From: Mariprofundales bacterium
Lineage (GTDB): Bacteria > Pseudomonadota > Zetaproteobacteria > Mariprofundales > J009
Direction of reading: 5' to 3'
DNA length: 32,000 bases
Assembly (NCBI GenBank): GCA_030950645.1
Contig: JAUZRF010000014.1
Coordinates: 6,670 to 38,669 of the forward strand
The translations under genes were made by a program, and so were the position numbers. The notes beneath the pieces were generated by a model. The model was given only the letters and a program-made list of their open reading frames with translations. It had not been told where the DNA came from and did not search any database. Below, piece by piece: positions 30,782 to 32,000 of this stretch (positions are counted from its first letter, which is position 1; every line of letters begins with the position of its first letter).

Positions 30782-31600
30782 TTACTTTTGGAGGGGGTGC
30801 AGGGTTCGTTGGCGCTGGGTGAAGTGGCTGATTTGATGGATGCCGCACTGGAGGAGCAGGTTGCGGCATGCTGGTTGGGCGTGGCCGACATGCTGTGGTT
30901 GGTGGGCATCGGAGCCATAGCTGAAGGGGATGGAGCGCGCGGCTGCGCGCTCGATGATGCGGGGGTGGGGGTAGATCTCTGCTACCGGTTTGCGCAGACC
31001 CGCAGCACTGATCTCTAAGGCGACTCCGGCGCGTTGTACCGCCATCAGCATCGCCTCCTCGGCTTCAATAATCCTCGGCATTTCACTGGCTGAGGGGCGA
31101 TGACCGAACTTTTTGGCTAGGTCGGGGTGTCCCAAGGTGTCAAACAGCCCCGATGCGGCGGATGCGGCCACCTGGGCATAGTAATCAATATAGACTTGTT
31201 CGATGCCGACCTCATCCCAATGCTGGCGCTGATCTGGATCATCGAAGGCCCAACTGTCGAGGTAGTGCACTGAGCCGATGAGATAGTCCCATGGATAAGC
31301 AGCAGCGAGCTCATGGACAAACGCTTCGCAGCCAGGGCGCCAGTCCACCTCCAATCCGAGGCGGATGGTGAGGGTATCCGCAAATTCAATTTGCGCGGCC
31401 ATCACCTCAGCGACATAACCATCCAGCTCGTCATGGCGCATCCGCCAATCGTCGTCAAAGGGCGTGGGCATGGGGGAATGGTCAGAGATGCCGATCTCAG
31501 AGAGGCCAGCCGTGATGGCGGCGCGCGCATAGTCGGCCACTCGCCCTTCGGCATGGTTACAACGCGGGGTGTGCATGTGATAGTCGGGGAGTGGGGTCAT
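30782..31600 (-). CDS. Histidinol-phosphatase family PHP-domain protein
   Basis: DYHMHTPRCNHAEG, EIGISDHSPM, GLEVDW, WDYLIGSVHYLDSW, DTLGHPDLAKKFG, SYGSDAHQPQHVG. Confidence 0.87.
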   Translation of the reverse strand: MTPLPDYHMHTPRCNHAEGRVADYARAAITAGLSEIGISDHSPMPTPFDDDWRMRHDELDGYVAEVMAAQIEFADTLTIRLGLEVDWRPGCEAFVHELAAAYPWDYLIGSVHYLDSWAFDDPDQRQHWDEVGIEQVYIDYYAQVAASAASGLFDTLGHPDLAKKFGHRPSASEMPRIIEAEEAMLMAVQRAGVALEISAAGLRKPVAEIYPHPRIIERAAARSIPFSYGSDAHQPQHVGHAQPACRNLLLQCGIHQISHFTQRQRTLHPLQK

Positions 31601-31829
31601 ATCATGGGGCTCCTTGAGGCTTTACCAAGGTGGCAAGGCTAGCGCCAAGTCCAAACAAGTTGGAGTGGCAGGGGCTCTTCTTTTGTTCTGAGCAAAGGGT
31701 TTCGTAAAGATGGGAATGGTATAGTGCGTTGTTGTGGATAGAGAATGGTTGCGTGGAGCAGTACTCTTCGTAGTCTGCCGCCGTTACTTTGCATGTGATC
31801 AACTATATCCGCAGGAGGTTTCACTTAAG

Positions 31830-32000
31830 GTGAAGAATCTAACTATTGCCAACAAACTAAAGATGATCATGCTGATCATGACCTTGGGGATGGCCACCGC
31901 TGGCGGTATTCACCAGTGGTCACTGCACCGTCTTGATGGGCTGGCCAATCAGCTTGAGTCAGGTGGTAAGTTGATGGAGGTCAACAATGGCTTAACGGGG
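31830..32000 (+). CDS. Methyl-accepting chemotaxis-type protein, N-terminus only (runs off the window)
   Basis: GTG start after GCAGGAGG: MKNLTIANKLKMIMLIMTLGMATAGGIHQWSLHRLDGLANQLESGGKLMEVNNGLTG; typical MCP first TM. Confidence 0.6.
   Translation, partial: MKNLTIANKLKMIMLIMTLGMATAGGIHQWSLHRLDGLANQLESGGKLMEVNNGLTG

Overview
Proteobacterial housekeeping region, almost fully coding. Plus strand 1-7.4 kb: yqeY-like, dnaG, rpoD, (mrp/apbC on minus), rsfS, rlmH, thioredoxin-family protein. Minus strand 7.6-31.6 kb: hpnE, hpnD, glmS, glmU, the complete F1Fo ATP synthase operon atpIBEFHAGDC, a small putative secreted ORF, ahcY behind an SAH riboswitch, metK, a SUF Fe-S operon (Rrf2 regulator-sufB-C-D-S-U-T) and a PHP phosphatase. 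A chemotaxis receptor starts at the right edge. The most interesting feature is a family of small non-coding elements (MITE-like) in nearly every gap. The full-length form is about 153 bp: a 121-nt near-palindromic core plus a 32-nt tail, with 5'-GTAACTACTCAGC...GCTGAGTAGTTAC-3' ends. Six copies are flanked by perfect 8-bp direct repeats (TGTCGTTC, ATAGGAGG, GTTTATTC, GCAACCCC, CCTCTTTT, GATAAGTG). They include deletion forms of 42, 82 and 121 bp. Individual insertions duplicated a Shine-Dalgarno sequence, landed in the arm of the atp-operon terminator, occupy most of a divergent promoter region, and interrupt a GxxExxY-family relic lying between sufB and sufC. Other points: an AT-rich convergent spacer with two perfect DnaA boxes, an hpnE reading frame with no conventional start before its Rossmann motif, and an RpoD C-terminal extension. 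No complete new defence-like or multi-gene system was seen. All calls were made by eye, without database searches.
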